Below, one piece after another: positions 44,763 to 55,613 of a DNA stretch of 64,000 bases (position 1 is its first letter; every line of letters starts with the position of its first letter). The stretch covers positions 186,814 to 250,813 of IMG/VR virus record IMGVR_UViG_3300019458_000020; one strand, 5' to 3'. The notes under the pieces were generated by a model. The model saw only the letters and a list, made by a program, of their open reading frames with translations, was not told where the DNA came from and did no database searches. A program made the position numbers and the translations under genes.

Positions 44763-45308
44763 TTATGGAATACTGTGGCAGGCGATGAATGTATCACTCG
44801 GCATCCATTGCCGATGTTCCATGCTTAGGACATTCTTAAATCCTCGTATAACAATGGGATTGTGAACGGCAGCAATGATTTGGCATCCATTCTTCTCTGC
44901 CTTCCGAAAACAATCAACCAGAAAATGACATGACCGAATTGACAGTGCCATATCAGGCTCGTCCATGATAATCGTTTCATGCTTCCACGTCTGAATTTCA
45001 TCAATAATCTTCTTAACCATTTGACCATGAGACATCATTATACAAGCCAGTTGCGTCATTGTCTCAATTTTATGGCCAAGCCGAGGATTATCCTTCTCAA
45101 AGTCAAACTCTCGAATGGCGTTGTTTCCATCGGTATCAAACTTGACAACATTCTTTCCCGCTGCGTGTCTTCCCATTATTAACTTCAACAGACTGCTTTT
45201 ACCTGTTCCTTGTTCTCCAACCAGAAGATTGACGCCAACATTAAAGTCAAAGGTTTCCCCTGCCTTCAATACTCGAAAGTCTTTCAGTATTTCCATTCGT
45301 TTCAACAT
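44763..45308 (-). CDS. ABC/AAA-type ATPase
   Basis: GEQGTGKS Walker A; SHGQ signature; IIMDEPDMALS Walker B; VHNP. Confidence 0.85.
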   Translation of the reverse strand: MLKRMEILKDFRVLKAGETFDFNVGVNLLVGEQGTGKSSLLKLIMGRHAAGKNVVKFDTDGNNAIREFDFEKDNPRLGHKIETMTQLACIMMSHGQMVKKIIDEIQTWKHETIIMDEPDMALSIRSCHFLVDCFRKAEKNGCQIIAAVHNPIVIRGFKNVLSMEHRQWMPSDTFIACHSIP

Positions 45309-45359
45309 ATACGTGCGTCAACAATACTCCATAAAAATTCTTTGTCAAGTCGCTTGACA

Positions 45360-46190
45360 TTTATATAAAAAATGGTAATTTCTTTCACAATTTAAGAACG
45401 GATTCAAAAAGTGGCGGCGACACTAAAAGCCAGACTAACGGTAAAACGTGAAGGGTAGGGGACCGGCAGATCGATGCAGCTTGGCACTGTATTGGCGTAT
45501 ATGGCGTTTCCTATTATTATTAGGTATTTCCCCTATCTCTTACAGGCGTCTTACATAACTTGTTGAAACACAACGCCATTTCTATAACTTATTATCAAGG
45601 GTTTATACAATATTTATAATTATCACGAAATCAACGCTTTAGGCGTCTTTATCGTTAACTTTATCAATAACATCAAGATCCTCTTCAAGTTGCTCAGGAC
45701 CCTCCACTTTTCCAGACATACCTACTCCCCGTGCAAGTAGCCAAGCAATTACATTGAGTAAAACGACAATAATAGCACCTAAGACTTTTAAGGACATATA
45801 TTAATTTATTGATCAATTACTCCAGGGTACTTTTCCCTGGGTACTTTTTTCTTTTTAGTACTTTTAAGCAATTAGCAGCAACAGCGTTCTGGGGAGGTAC
45901 ATAGGAGGGGAGCAATTCCAAAGCGCCAAAATATTTTCATATAAATAATTCTGATACGGAGATACGTATTTACATTATTAAGTAAAATTTTTACCGTGCC
46001 AGGAATTTCTGAAAGTAAAGAACGCACGGAGAGTCAGCATTTTTACTTAATACTTTTTATACAATTAGCTCTGTAGGGGACAAAATGGGGTGAAGTGGGT
46101 CATTGTGGTGCTTATGGGTCAGTCTTCAAAAGTTGGGGGGTACCCCCGCGTTGAAACCCTCTCTGTATATAGGGTGAGGGCTTTATTCCG
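45360..46190. other. ~830-bp non-coding region with repeats (possible origin or terminus)
   Basis: Repeated (A)TAACTT, GGCGTCTT and GTACTTT; GC-rich palindromes. Confidence 0.4.
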
Positions 46191-46199
46191 TTGGACAAA

Positions 46200-46520
46200 T
46201 CACCGTTTTATAGCTTTTTCATCGAGGTAATCTTTGGCAGACTTCCACTCTTTTATTTTGATTGCGTAATAATGTCTTCCGAAGAAAGGTTCCCAAATAA
46301 TTATAACATAACTCTTTTTGACTGGTGCGTCCAAGCCCGTATTTCCGGAATACTGTTCAAGCATAGGTCCGACCAAGATACTTATCTTTAATCTTTCATT
46401 TCTATAATTGAAATGTCTATCAATTAATTTATCTTTATTAGAAGAGACGGCGAGGATAATGAAACTTATTATAAAACCAAAAAATAGAATAGTCAGTAAC
46501 GTGGCCCTTTTTACTTTCAT
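46200..46520 (-). CDS. membrane-anchored hypothetical protein (paralog of 49433)
   Basis: N-terminal TM helix; VKKSYVIIIWEPFFGRH. Confidence 0.65.
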   Translation of the reverse strand: MKVKRATLLTILFFGFIISFIILAVSSNKDKLIDRHFNYRNERLKISILVGPMLEQYSGNTGLDAPVKKSYVIIIWEPFFGRHYYAIKIKEWKSAKDYLDEKAIKR

Positions 46521-47200
46521 AAATATGTAATTGTAACCGGCTTGGCTTTTCTTCCGTCTATGTGTGACCTGTATCCTTTCTTACTTATATTCAAGATTCA
46601 TTATTCTTATTTTAGTTTAAGGAACAGAACAATGGTATATCTATTATTTGTTCGTTGAGTATAATAATTCCATTAAAACGTATTAGTTTTGTTCCTCTAT
46701 ATTGGGTGGAATATCCTAATTGAATTGGTTTCTTTCCGTTTGTAAGTTTATTAACTACGTGAATTACACCAACAATGATAGGAGTCAGAGCCAACATCCA
46801 TATTATTATCTTTTTGGAAATTTTCATGATTTATTCTTATTTAAGAATACATTAATTATCCAAATGAGATACATGCAAAGTGGTAATAGAAGAAAGATTA
46901 GAGATGACCACATGGTTCCCTTTGACAGTAAGACGATGCTCGATGCGAACGCGAGGAAGATGACAATAAATGTCAATAGGGTTTTGATTATCACACGTAT
47001 CATAAATGTGTATTGAGTTTTTTATCCAATTCAATGATTCGTTGTTTTATTTGACGCAGTTTCACTTCAGCATAAATGTTGTATCCTATCAATGGAATAA
47101 GCAACGTCAACATGGTTATGAGTAGTATCTTTTTCTTTTTATATTTTGTCATACGGTTGAATTCTACACTTATTACCTCTCTACATCTTTCATTTTCATA

Positions 47201-47515
47201 TTATATACACTCCAATACTTCAGCGAACGCTCGATTCAAATCTCCTTGGTCACAGGCAAGGGGATAACCTTCTGGACCATACTTTGAAATAATATCCTTG
47301 ATTCGTTGACGTGCAGGAGACTTCAAGAATGTTTCACGTTTGATTCTTTGTTCATTAGCTTTTCTTGTGGCTTCTTCTTCCGTCAAACCCGTTCCACAAA
47401 CTACTCTTCCATCTGAACAGAATAGAAATTGTCTCCAATAACTTTCATGGAAACCCATACAATTTTCTCCGTTTACTAAATGTGGTGGTTCATCTTTATT
47501 AATGATAGTATTCAT
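47201..47515 (-). CDS. hypothetical protein
   Basis: ATGA overlap with the ligase. Confidence 0.65.
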   Translation of the reverse strand: MNTIINKDEPPHLVNGENCMGFHESYWRQFLFCSDGRVVCGTGLTEEEATRKANEQRIKRETFLKSPARQRIKDIISKYGPEGYPLACDQGDLNRAFAEVLECI

Positions 47516-48381
47516 TGGATTTTAGAACGGAGATAATTCTTATACATTTCAACGGTCTTTTTGCCGACGGATTTCTTTACGGCTTCGGATTCCACAATTT
47601 CTCCCTTACCTTCTCTCAAAACATCTTCTGTCATGGCAGAGATAATATCTCTCATTTTTTCCATACAATGTCCTGGCAATTTATCCAAGACATGTTCTAG
47701 TCGCATCAAAGTCACCCACTCGTCCGCAACGGCGTTGGCATCATCCAACACTTTAAGTTGTGAAGGGTCAACAACAGGTCTTGGTGTGGATGTTTCTTTG
47801 AAAGAATCTCCCTTATGTTTACAAATAAGTCTCTCACCATTGCTTAGAGTAATTTCAATCAAAGGCCGGAGGACGACACCTTCCCGCTTTTTTGGTTCTG
47901 TGATTCCATTTCTTACTGACTGAACACTTGGTTTGTCTCGTTCGGCATCCAAAGCCACAAGGTCAGTAGAAACTTTTGTATAATCGACAAATTCGAGGCC
48001 CAATTTCTTTGCTATATCCGCAGCGTCCGGAACTGATAACCAACAATCACCAATTTGAACATCGAAGACAACGAATTTTAGTTCCTTTCCGTAAGTTGCC
48101 GACATTCCTTGTTGACTTCCGCCGTAAGCTTCACCAAAAACTGTTACATCTTTGTCAATAGGCGAACCAAGGTCTTTGAATTGTTGAATTAAATTTGTTT
48201 CATCAAACAAAGCTACGAAACGTACGTGACTTTCTCCACCAGAGAAGTAACGAATACTTCCATCTGACGGACGAAACGTGACGTGTGCATAGGTTCCATG
48301 AATTTTCTCCAAGGCATAACATTCCTTAAACAAAAGGATTGTCTGTTCTTTATACAAGTTACTAATGTGTAAATACCCGAT
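47512..48381 (-). CDS. RNA ligase, Rnl2-like family
   Basis: EKIHGT (motif I), FGEAYG, FDVQI, REGVVLRP, ICKHK; probable AUC start at 48381. Confidence 0.85.
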   Translation of the reverse strand: MGYLHISNLYKEQTILLFKECYALEKIHGTYAHVTFRPSDGSIRYFSGGESHVRFVALFDETNLIQQFKDLGSPIDKDVTVFGEAYGGSQQGMSATYGKELKFVVFDVQIGDCWLSVPDAADIAKKLGLEFVDYTKVSTDLVALDAERDKPSVQSVRNGITEPKKREGVVLRPLIEITLSNGERLICKHKGDSFKETSTPRPVVDPSQLKVLDDANAVADEWVTLMRLEHVLDKLPGHCMEKMRDIISAMTEDVLREGKGEIVESEAVKKSVGKKTVEMYKNYLRSKIQ

Positions 48382-48688
48382 ATGTCCTTTCCGCCCAACA
48401 ATTTACGTTGGTGCTTGGTTAATTTTGTGTCTCGTCAGATACCATTTTCTTCTGGACTTCTACCACATATTATACACTTGGTTTCTTGATTGTCAAGCAT
48501 CACTTATTATTCTTGTTGTCTATTTTGTATCCATCTGCAATCTATTGCCAATCCGTATGGTGCAATCAAATTTTTATCACACTTTATACATTTACATGAT
48601 ACCATACCAGAATCATTACGTGCAGTCAATTCTGAGAGAAGACACACATGATTACAGAATTTTTGTTTTATTAATGTAAAAAATGATT

Positions 48689-49120
48689 TCATTTATTCAA
48701 ATGAGTCAAACAGTTTTCAAACCCATCAGATAATTCTCTTAATGAAGCAATATGAACGGCATCTCCGTGATTGCGGAGAGATAATCTCCACACGTCATCA
48801 ACGAGAATTGAGACGGAACTGGCTACTTCAATTATACCAATTCTGAGAAATTTTGATAAAATTCTCACGTTTGCGTATGGCATTGAAAATAAGACATAGA
48901 AATTGGAAGGGTGTCCTTCACACGAAAAGTATGTGATTCCACCCATTCTTTCGATTGCTTCAACGAAATATGTTACTCCTCGTTCTAATGTTGCTGGCCG
49001 GTTAAAAATCAAATCATACCGAACAAGAGGCGGTTTCCTATAAGAAATATCCCACGGAGTTTCTAATTCTCCGGGCAATCTTTCTCTGTATGATTTTTTC
49101 ATATAACTGGAAAACTCCAT
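48689..49120 (-). CDS. hypothetical protein
   Basis: LERGVTYFV..TYFSCEGH. Confidence 0.65.
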   Translation of the reverse strand: MEFSSYMKKSYRERLPGELETPWDISYRKPPLVRYDLIFNRPATLERGVTYFVEAIERMGGITYFSCEGHPSNFYVLFSMPYANVRILSKFLRIGIIEVASSVSILVDDVWRLSLRNHGDAVHIASLRELSDGFENCLTHLNK

Positions 49121-49332
49121 CCCTTTCCGGGATTCTCATTCCATCCTACTCTTTTACCATTTTCAAGCGTCCACCATGAATGAACGTTACGATGCACTCC
49201 CGGCCAAGATTCGATATAACTTTCGTGTTCCGAAACAACTGACAGATGAAGAAACTTAGCAGCCCGAGTATCCATAAATGACCGAAAGAATTCTTGTGGT
49301 AATACATCTCTGAGTGTTTTCATGATTGACAA
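49099..49332 (-). CDS. hypothetical protein
   Basis: WPGVHRNVHSWW..VGWNENP..GWSFPV. Confidence 0.7.
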   Translation of the reverse strand: MSIMKTLRDVLPQEFFRSFMDTRAAKFLHLSVVSEHESYIESWPGVHRNVHSWWTLENGKRVGWNENPGKGWSFPVI

Positions 49333-49432
49333 TTATAACACCGATGTATAAAAAGTCAAGGGTGGTTTATTTCACTGGTGGGGGTACCCCCCAAAAAAAA
49401 GAATCCACCAACGGTATAGGGAGAGGATATAT

Positions 49433-49807
49433 TTACAAATCCCCACGTTGGCGATGATACTCTATTAAATCTTCAGACATTTGAATTGCTATTTCTTCTT
49501 TGTAATATTCTTCCATCGTCCACGATTTTGATTGGAATCGAAAATCGTGTGAACCAAATAAAGGTTGGAAGAAAAATACTATATAGCTTTGTTTAACTAT
49601 TCCATTCTTTATCTCTATATAAGTTCCACCTGAAACACGAACCTTGAAGACATCGTTCGTATAATCCCAAAATTTATTACGACGTTCGTTAAAAAAAGAA
49701 TTAAGACTAGAATGTAGAAATAAACCCAAAACAAGAATGAACGTTGATATACACAGATGTTTCATTCTAAATTTTTTCATATCAAAATTTTTCCGTAAAA
49801 GATTCAT
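49433..49807 (-). CDS. membrane-anchored hypothetical protein (paralog of 46200)
   Basis: N-terminal TM helix; VKQSYIVFFFQPLFGSH. Confidence 0.65.
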   Translation of the reverse strand: MNLLRKNFDMKKFRMKHLCISTFILVLGLFLHSSLNSFFNERRNKFWDYTNDVFKVRVSGGTYIEIKNGIVKQSYIVFFFQPLFGSHDFRFQSKSWTMEEYYKEEIAIQMSEDLIEYHRQRGDL

Positions 49808-51725
49808 CAGAATCGGCTTCCTCCTGTTTTATCATCGCCTGATGTATATACGCCCTATCTCCAAACGGATACCCCCATAGTTCCCATCCCTGTTCTAAGT
49901 ATTTATTAACGGCATTAGTTAAACATGATGGAGTTTCGCTGAGAATTTTGTATTTAATGATAGTATTCATAATTAATGGTAAAGTAATTTGTCATGATTT
50001 ATTTCCTACATTCTTTTTATCTTATCACTCGTAGAATATTTTCCATAAAAATTGATAAATTTCTTTTTGTCTTTGAAGTTCGTCTTTGCAAGATTGAACC
50101 GACTCTATACAATATCTAACAGATTCATTAGCCGCATCAGATTTTGGACAAACACCTAAATTATCTGCATCTAATTGATGAGCCCATTCTTTTCTAACTT
50201 CTGCTGAAGCTAATTCAGACTGAGATTGGATAAGATTTTCTGTACATCTATCGACTTCACATTGAATGAGTCTTAGAACGTATTTCGCTTTGTCAGCATC
50301 GGTCATTGTTTTCATAATGGAATGGCTGGACACCAAGCACCATGTCTATTTTCAGAGGAGTGTCCGTCTTTATCTTTAATTTCTTGTAGATATCTTTCCC
50401 AAGCAGAAATTGTCTGATCAAGAAATCCGGCTTCCCATTGAAGCAAACAATCTCTTGCACAAACAACTCCACGTTCATGACCCAAAGCACCATCAACTAA
50501 TTCAACAATTTGAACGATACGTCTTTGTTCATTCATTGGTAAAATCCTGTGATTGATAGTCTTCTTCAAGTTCACTCAAATCGCTAAATACTTCTAATAT
50601 CATTGTATCTTCATCCGTCAACCATCCTTCGGAATTTAAGTATTCATAGGCAGTTCTTCCGTCTCTCCATTGAAGCTCTAATTGGTCTTCGGCACTCAAT
50701 CCTTCATATTCTCCATAAATAGAAATAACTTTGTGCCATTGTTGCCAGTTAGATTCAAGAATGACCACCAACTGTTCATTTAAAACGTGTTTAGTTTTTG
50801 ACATATTATGATAATTCTACAGTAAGTTTAGTTTTTACCGATTTGGGAAGGGCCTCAATAATTCGGTAATCCTCTTTTTGATTATTTTCCACCCATTTAC
50901 GAAGTTCCTCCATCCCCTCGGGAGTATTATTAAATGCAATATATGTCACTATCGACTTATAATGTGCTGGATATCCGTGACCGGGACATTGAATACTTCG
51001 TTCGTCGCCGGGAACATAAACAGAATCAAGATGAAGAACGGCTGTATGTGGAACGGCGGGAAAGTCGGAACTTTGGGAACAGTATTTCATATTATTTCTT
51101 TCTATTTCTCTTTTTTGTAAAAGTGAATGTGGCCGGATAATAATTTTCATTGTATCCGGGTTTATCATATTCTACCTTCCATCCATTTTTCTCAAAAATG
51201 GGCTCAATATCAAGATAACCGGCATTAAATATTTCATCTCCGTTAATCTTTCCGTTATATTTAGTAATAATTTCATCAACTAATTCATTTTGAGTGAACT
51301 CGGCGTTTTGTTTTTGGTCACTCCAATTATTTACTATGCATTCATTGACAGCCTTAATAACCAAAGGAGGAATTTTTTTCGATTTAACTTTGCCTACATC
51401 TTCTGGTCTAATTGGTTTCATATTAGTATAAATCTTCACTAAATAATTCTTTTGAATTAAATTTTAGTTTTTTTATTTGTCCACGTTGTAAAGCAATTTT
51501 TGCTGCCTCTTCTCTATCAACAAATTTTCCATCATCCGTTACGAATCCTTGTGTATGTTCTCCACCAACTTTTTTGACTCCGGTTTCAGCAATAATTTTA
51601 CTAATTACATCATGGTGTCTTCTTCCAGTAAAAACTACTCCGTTGAATAGTATTGCTGACTCCTTTATCATATTATGCCACTTTACGTTCCTTTCTTTCA
51701 AGAATAGGCAACTCCCTACCGTCAA
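49782..51725 (-). CDS. run of short hypothetical ORFs (49782-49970, 50025-50336, 50312-50575, 50529-50804, 50806-51168, 51092-51439, 51423-51725)
   Basis: Consecutive overlapping minus-strand ORFs. Confidence 0.6.
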
Positions 51726-52926
51726 CCACGTCTTCTGTAATCTTACAAGAAACTACATCACTATTAGGAATATCAAACATGACATTCAACATGAGTTTTT
51801 CGACCAATCCACGAAGAGCACGGGCACCTGTTCCTTTTTTAATGGCGATGTTGGCCAAACGTTTCAAGGCTTCATCCGTAAAATTCAAGGAAACACCTTC
51901 CAATTCAAATAACTTTGTATATTGACGAATCAAGGCATTCCTTGGTTTGGTCAAAATATCAATCAACTGAGATTCAGTCAATGGTTTAAGAGAAGTAATC
52001 ATAGGCAACCGACCAATGAATTCAGGAATGAATCCGAATTCAGCCAAATCCTCCGGTTCCACATGTTCTAAAATTTCAGACGAAGAAATTTCTTCTTCTG
52101 GAATAAATGTATCTCTGAATCCCATTGTTCTACCAGAAGCACCATCCATACGTTTCCGAACAATATTTTCCAATCCATTAAAAGCACCACCACAGATAAA
52201 AAGAATCGAACTGGTATCAACTTTAATATATTCTTGTCCGGGATGTTTTCTTCCACCTTGAGGCGGCACATTACAAATAGTTCCTTCGATAATTTTTAAT
52301 AGTGCCTGTTGAACACCTTCACCAGAAACGTCTCTCGTAATTGAAGGTCCATTACTTTTCTTGGTAATTTTATCAATTTCATCAATGTAAACAATTCCCT
52401 GTTGTGCCTTTTGAACATCGAAGTCGGCATTTTGTAAAAGACGAAGAATCACATTCTCCACGTCTTCACCGACATAACCGGCTTCAGTAAGTGTAGTGGC
52501 ATCAGAAATAGAAAAAGGAACACCCAATGATTTTGCCAAAGAACGTGCCAGAAGAGTTTTTCCTGAACCTGTATTTCCGATAAGAAGAATGTTACTCTTT
52601 TCTAATTCCACTTCACCGGCTTTATTTTCATGTAACAGTCTTTTATAATGATTGTGAACAGCTACGGAAAGAGTCCTCTTTGTATGTTCTTGTCCAATAC
52701 AATATTCATCAAGACCTTCTTTGACTTCGATTGGTAGGGGAATTTTGGAAATGGTCTTTGGTGCCTTTCCGGCGAGCTTGAGAGATTCTTTATCCATCAC
52801 ACTTTGACATAGAGTGACGCAATTATTACAAATATATACCCCCGGCCCCTGAATCAATTTTTGAACTTCGGCATGGGATTTACCACAGAAACTACACATT
52901 GTTGTTGGGGTTTTCTTTGAACTCAT
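51673..52926 (-). CDS. clpX: ATP-dependent Clp protease ATP-binding subunit ClpX
   Basis: CSFCGKS zinc domain, [47 protein letters not shown] loop. Confidence 0.97.
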   Translation of the reverse strand: MSSKKTPTTMCSFCGKSHAEVQKLIQGPGVYICNNCVTLCQSVMDKESLKLAGKAPKTISKIPLPIEVKEGLDEYCIGQEHTKRTLSVAVHNHYKRLLHENKAGEVELEKSNILLIGNTGSGKTLLARSLAKSLGVPFSISDATTLTEAGYVGEDVENVILRLLQNADFDVQKAQQGIVYIDEIDKITKKSNGPSITRDVSGEGVQQALLKIIEGTICNVPPQGGRKHPGQEYIKVDTSSILFICGGAFNGLENIVRKRMDGASGRTMGFRDTFIPEEEISSSEILEHVEPEDLAEFGFIPEFIGRLPMITSLKPLTESQLIDILTKPRNALIRQYTKLFELEGVSLNFTDEALKRLANIAIKKGTGARALRGLVEKLMLNVMFDIPNSDVVSCKITEDVVDGRELPILERKERKVA

Positions 52927-53441
52927 ATTATTTCTTTTATTATTCCGTGTTTTAGTTTTGGGTTTACACCCACAGAATCGAAGATTTTTTCATCCTTGTG
53001 AAACAAAACGTAGTTTCCGTTGACTAATCTTACGAGTCTTGTATCATTAACATTAAACGGATTGTATCTAATTGTCAAGGAGTTTGTTAGAGTTTTTTTA
53101 ACGTCTATCCACGTCTTGAACCGAAGTTCCACCAGCATCCTTGACACCGGAAAGGATCTCAATGAGAATTTGATTGAGGTTTGTTGTTACAGTGGGAGTA
53201 ACACTATCTAAGATGGTTGTCGATACCGAATTTGTCATGGTGGCAATCTACCACCATTAGTCATGTTGTCAACACTTTTTTTATTTTGTTCCTCTTCTTC
53301 TTTCTCCTTGGCAATCAATATCTTGTAATGTTTTATTCCAGTGATTAAATGATATAGTAACCAGATTAATAAACAGAATAAAAGACTGAGGACAAAAATC
53401 CACACCTTATCATCAAATGAAAGATACGACAAAAATACCAT
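52923..53441 (-). CDS. two short hypothetical ORFs (52923-53162; membrane 53235-53441)
   Basis: ORF track; TATTTAT motif upstream of 53441. Confidence 0.5.
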
Positions 53442-53578
53442 GCTCTATAAATAGAACCAATAGAATATGATATTAAGGAAATTGAAAATCACTTCACCGA
53501 CAACTAATGATAAATAAAAAGCCAGAAAACAAAGTATAATTATCTCTAATGCACAAAAGAAATTTTCTATGTATTTTT

Positions 53579-53986
53579 TCATATCCCATCCATTTCATTC
53601 ATTATTTGATCCATTTCGGTGTGCGAATCAGGAACAACAGGCATCGATCTTTCTGGTATATTAGAAGAAATTTCTTCTGGAAATAAAGTGGCTTTATAGG
53701 CAGACACCAATTCATCATCCAATTTCCCTTGATAATCTACAGCCTCACGATAAAGGGATTGAAATTTTTCTTTTTTATCAGGTATTTCATTGATGTGAAG
53801 TAAATATATTGCCACACAAGAACGAAGGGAGGTCATATATTTAATTTCCAAACCTTCTTCTAATTGAATGTATTCAAAATTTGATAAACCTAATTGGTAT
53901 GCAGCTGATTTTATTGAATACCCTGTAGATTCTCTAGTGTATCTGAGATATTCACCAAATATAACGATTGGATTTTTTACTTCCAT
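53579..53986 (-). CDS. XRE-type HTH domain protein
   Basis: FGEYLRYTRESTGYSIKSAAYQLGLS..YIQLEEG. Confidence 0.7.
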   Translation of the reverse strand: MEVKNPIVIFGEYLRYTRESTGYSIKSAAYQLGLSNFEYIQLEEGLEIKYMTSLRSCVAIYLLHINEIPDKKEKFQSLYREAVDYQGKLDDELVSAYKATLFPEEISSNIPERSMPVVPDSHTEMDQIMNEMDGI

Positions 53987-54475
53987 AATCGGTTTATAGT
54001 TTTTTGCTGGCCTTCAAATATATCAGTAATAACAACACAATCAAACATAACCAATGGATTGTATCAATAACTCCAATTGTTATCATACGTTGTTTTGGGT
54101 TTATTTTTGTAATACCGTCTGATATCTTTTATCATGAGAGAAATATCTCGAATTATCATCACAAATCCGAAGAGGATGAATCCGTAATAAAGAATCTTAA
54201 AAATTCCTTTAAGAATATCGCCCATAATCAACCCCTTTGATTCCACAAACAAATCTTCGCCATAACCAAACTATTGAATAGATGGTCATTAGTACTAAAT
54301 AAGTAAATGCTAATGGAACGATAATCATTTGTTTTTGGTGTAATAATAACAAAGAAATCCAAAAAATAGAATAGAACCAATCAATCCTGATTTAGATTCT
54401 GTAGTTGGATTGACCGAGCAGGCGAGTATCGATAATATGACGGCCAATGTTGTCAATCCTATTACTATGAGTTTT

Positions 54476-54790
54476 TTATTCATTTGATATAATTATTCGG
54501 AATGGTTTAGAGATGTAAATTTCCTGTTGATTACTTAATTGAAAGTAAACGAATCCGTTGTTAACAATTGGTTTATTAAATGTTTTCCAATTTGTTACGA
54601 CGTGGCCCCTTTCATTTAATTGTTCTATGATACAAATTTGTTTTGTAGATATTTTTTTCTTTTGGAAATTTATTGGTGGAGAAAAATAAAAAGTTCCGCT
54701 TAGTATTGTCAGCCAAATCATTATTAGACCAATCAAAATCATTAATATATTTGTGTAATTTTTTTTCATATAATGAATTAATTTATTCAT
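54476..54790 (-). CDS. membrane-anchored hypothetical protein
   Basis: N-terminal hydrophobic helix. Confidence 0.6.
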   Translation of the reverse strand: MNKLIHYMKKNYTNILMILIGLIMIWLTILSGTFYFSPPINFQKKKISTKQICIIEQLNERGHVVTNWKTFNKPIVNNGFVYFQLSNQQEIYISKPFRIIISNE

Positions 54791-55613
54791 AAGATGGTAT
54801 CATTCTTTGTAATTCTTGTGGTTGTTCTGTAAATTTCCAACAAGGTTTGACTATCCAACGTGTTCTTTCCACGTAATCACCGGAAGACAATATGGCATTT
54901 CTTAACACCGCGTTGTGTTTATAATCCGGGTCAATGTAAGTTTCCTTAACAATTAATCGTCCATGACGAAATCCCTTTGGATAATCCACTGCCCAACTTT
55001 TCTCTTTTTCAAAAATCATATCAATCATCTCTGATTGACTTTTACCATTTAATTGTTTGTGAGAAAATAATGATTGTGCAACCATTGACACACTGTTTCG
55101 GATACAATCTTGTTGTCTCCAAACAAAATAATTATAAACTTCCGTTGGGTCAGGAATGGTGAAAACACGAGCATCAAAGAAAGCCAATTTCATTGCTTCG
55201 ACGATGACTTTATCTGTACTCACTTTCTTTTGGTCGGATAAATTCATCCATCTAGCTCGTCGGAGCATATTGAATTCGGCAGTCATGATACTCGAAGAAA
55301 CACTCACCATTTTTTGAATATTTCCATCAAACCAAGCACAAGTTTGTGGCGTGGCAAAATCAGTCAATAATAGAGAAATTTCATCGGATTGAGTGTAAGC
55401 AAATACAACTCCTTGAACTTCTTTACATAAAGAAATAATGGAATTATCCATGTCGTCAAACAACCCTTGGTCGAATGGTTTTGTTAAACCTTTGGTGTAA
55501 GTGTGGAAACTTTTACCGTCAAGTCTAAGTATAGAATACGTTCGTCGGGGAAGAAACGTTCTAGTTCTATCCTCATAATTTAATTTCATTCTGTCGCCTA
55601 ACGTATCTTTCAT
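54783..55613 (-). CDS. thg1: tRNA(His) guanylyltransferase Thg1/TLP
   Basis: ILRLDGKSFHTYT, YTQSDEISL, FDARVF, WRQQDCIRNSV. Confidence 0.93.
   Translation of the reverse strand: MKDTLGDRMKLNYEDRTRTFLPRRTYSILRLDGKSFHTYTKGLTKPFDQGLFDDMDNSIISLCKEVQGVVFAYTQSDEISLLLTDFATPQTCAWFDGNIQKMVSVSSSIMTAEFNMLRRARWMNLSDQKKVSTDKVIVEAMKLAFFDARVFTIPDPTEVYNYFVWRQQDCIRNSVSMVAQSLFSHKQLNGKSQSEMIDMIFEKEKSWAVDYPKGFRHGRLIVKETYIDPDYKHNAVLRNAILSSGDYVERTRWIVKPCWKFTEQPQELQRMIPSYE

Larger units (their letters stand above)
27603..45474 (+). repeat. promoter-linked motif RGRTAGGG(G/T)ACC-N5/6-GA(T)CG...AACTTTAACGTTA (5 copies)
   Basis: 27603, 31361, 32631, 41524, 45451 (last lacks the TTAACGTTA tail); each follows a plus-strand TTGACT/TTGACA promoter. 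Confidence 0.8.
13944..49392. repeat. dispersed GGGGGTACCCCC palindrome, usually followed by ATAGGG (7 copies)
   Basis: 13944 (variant), 22089, 33719 (variant), 34014, 34881, 46135, 49380. Confidence 0.8.
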
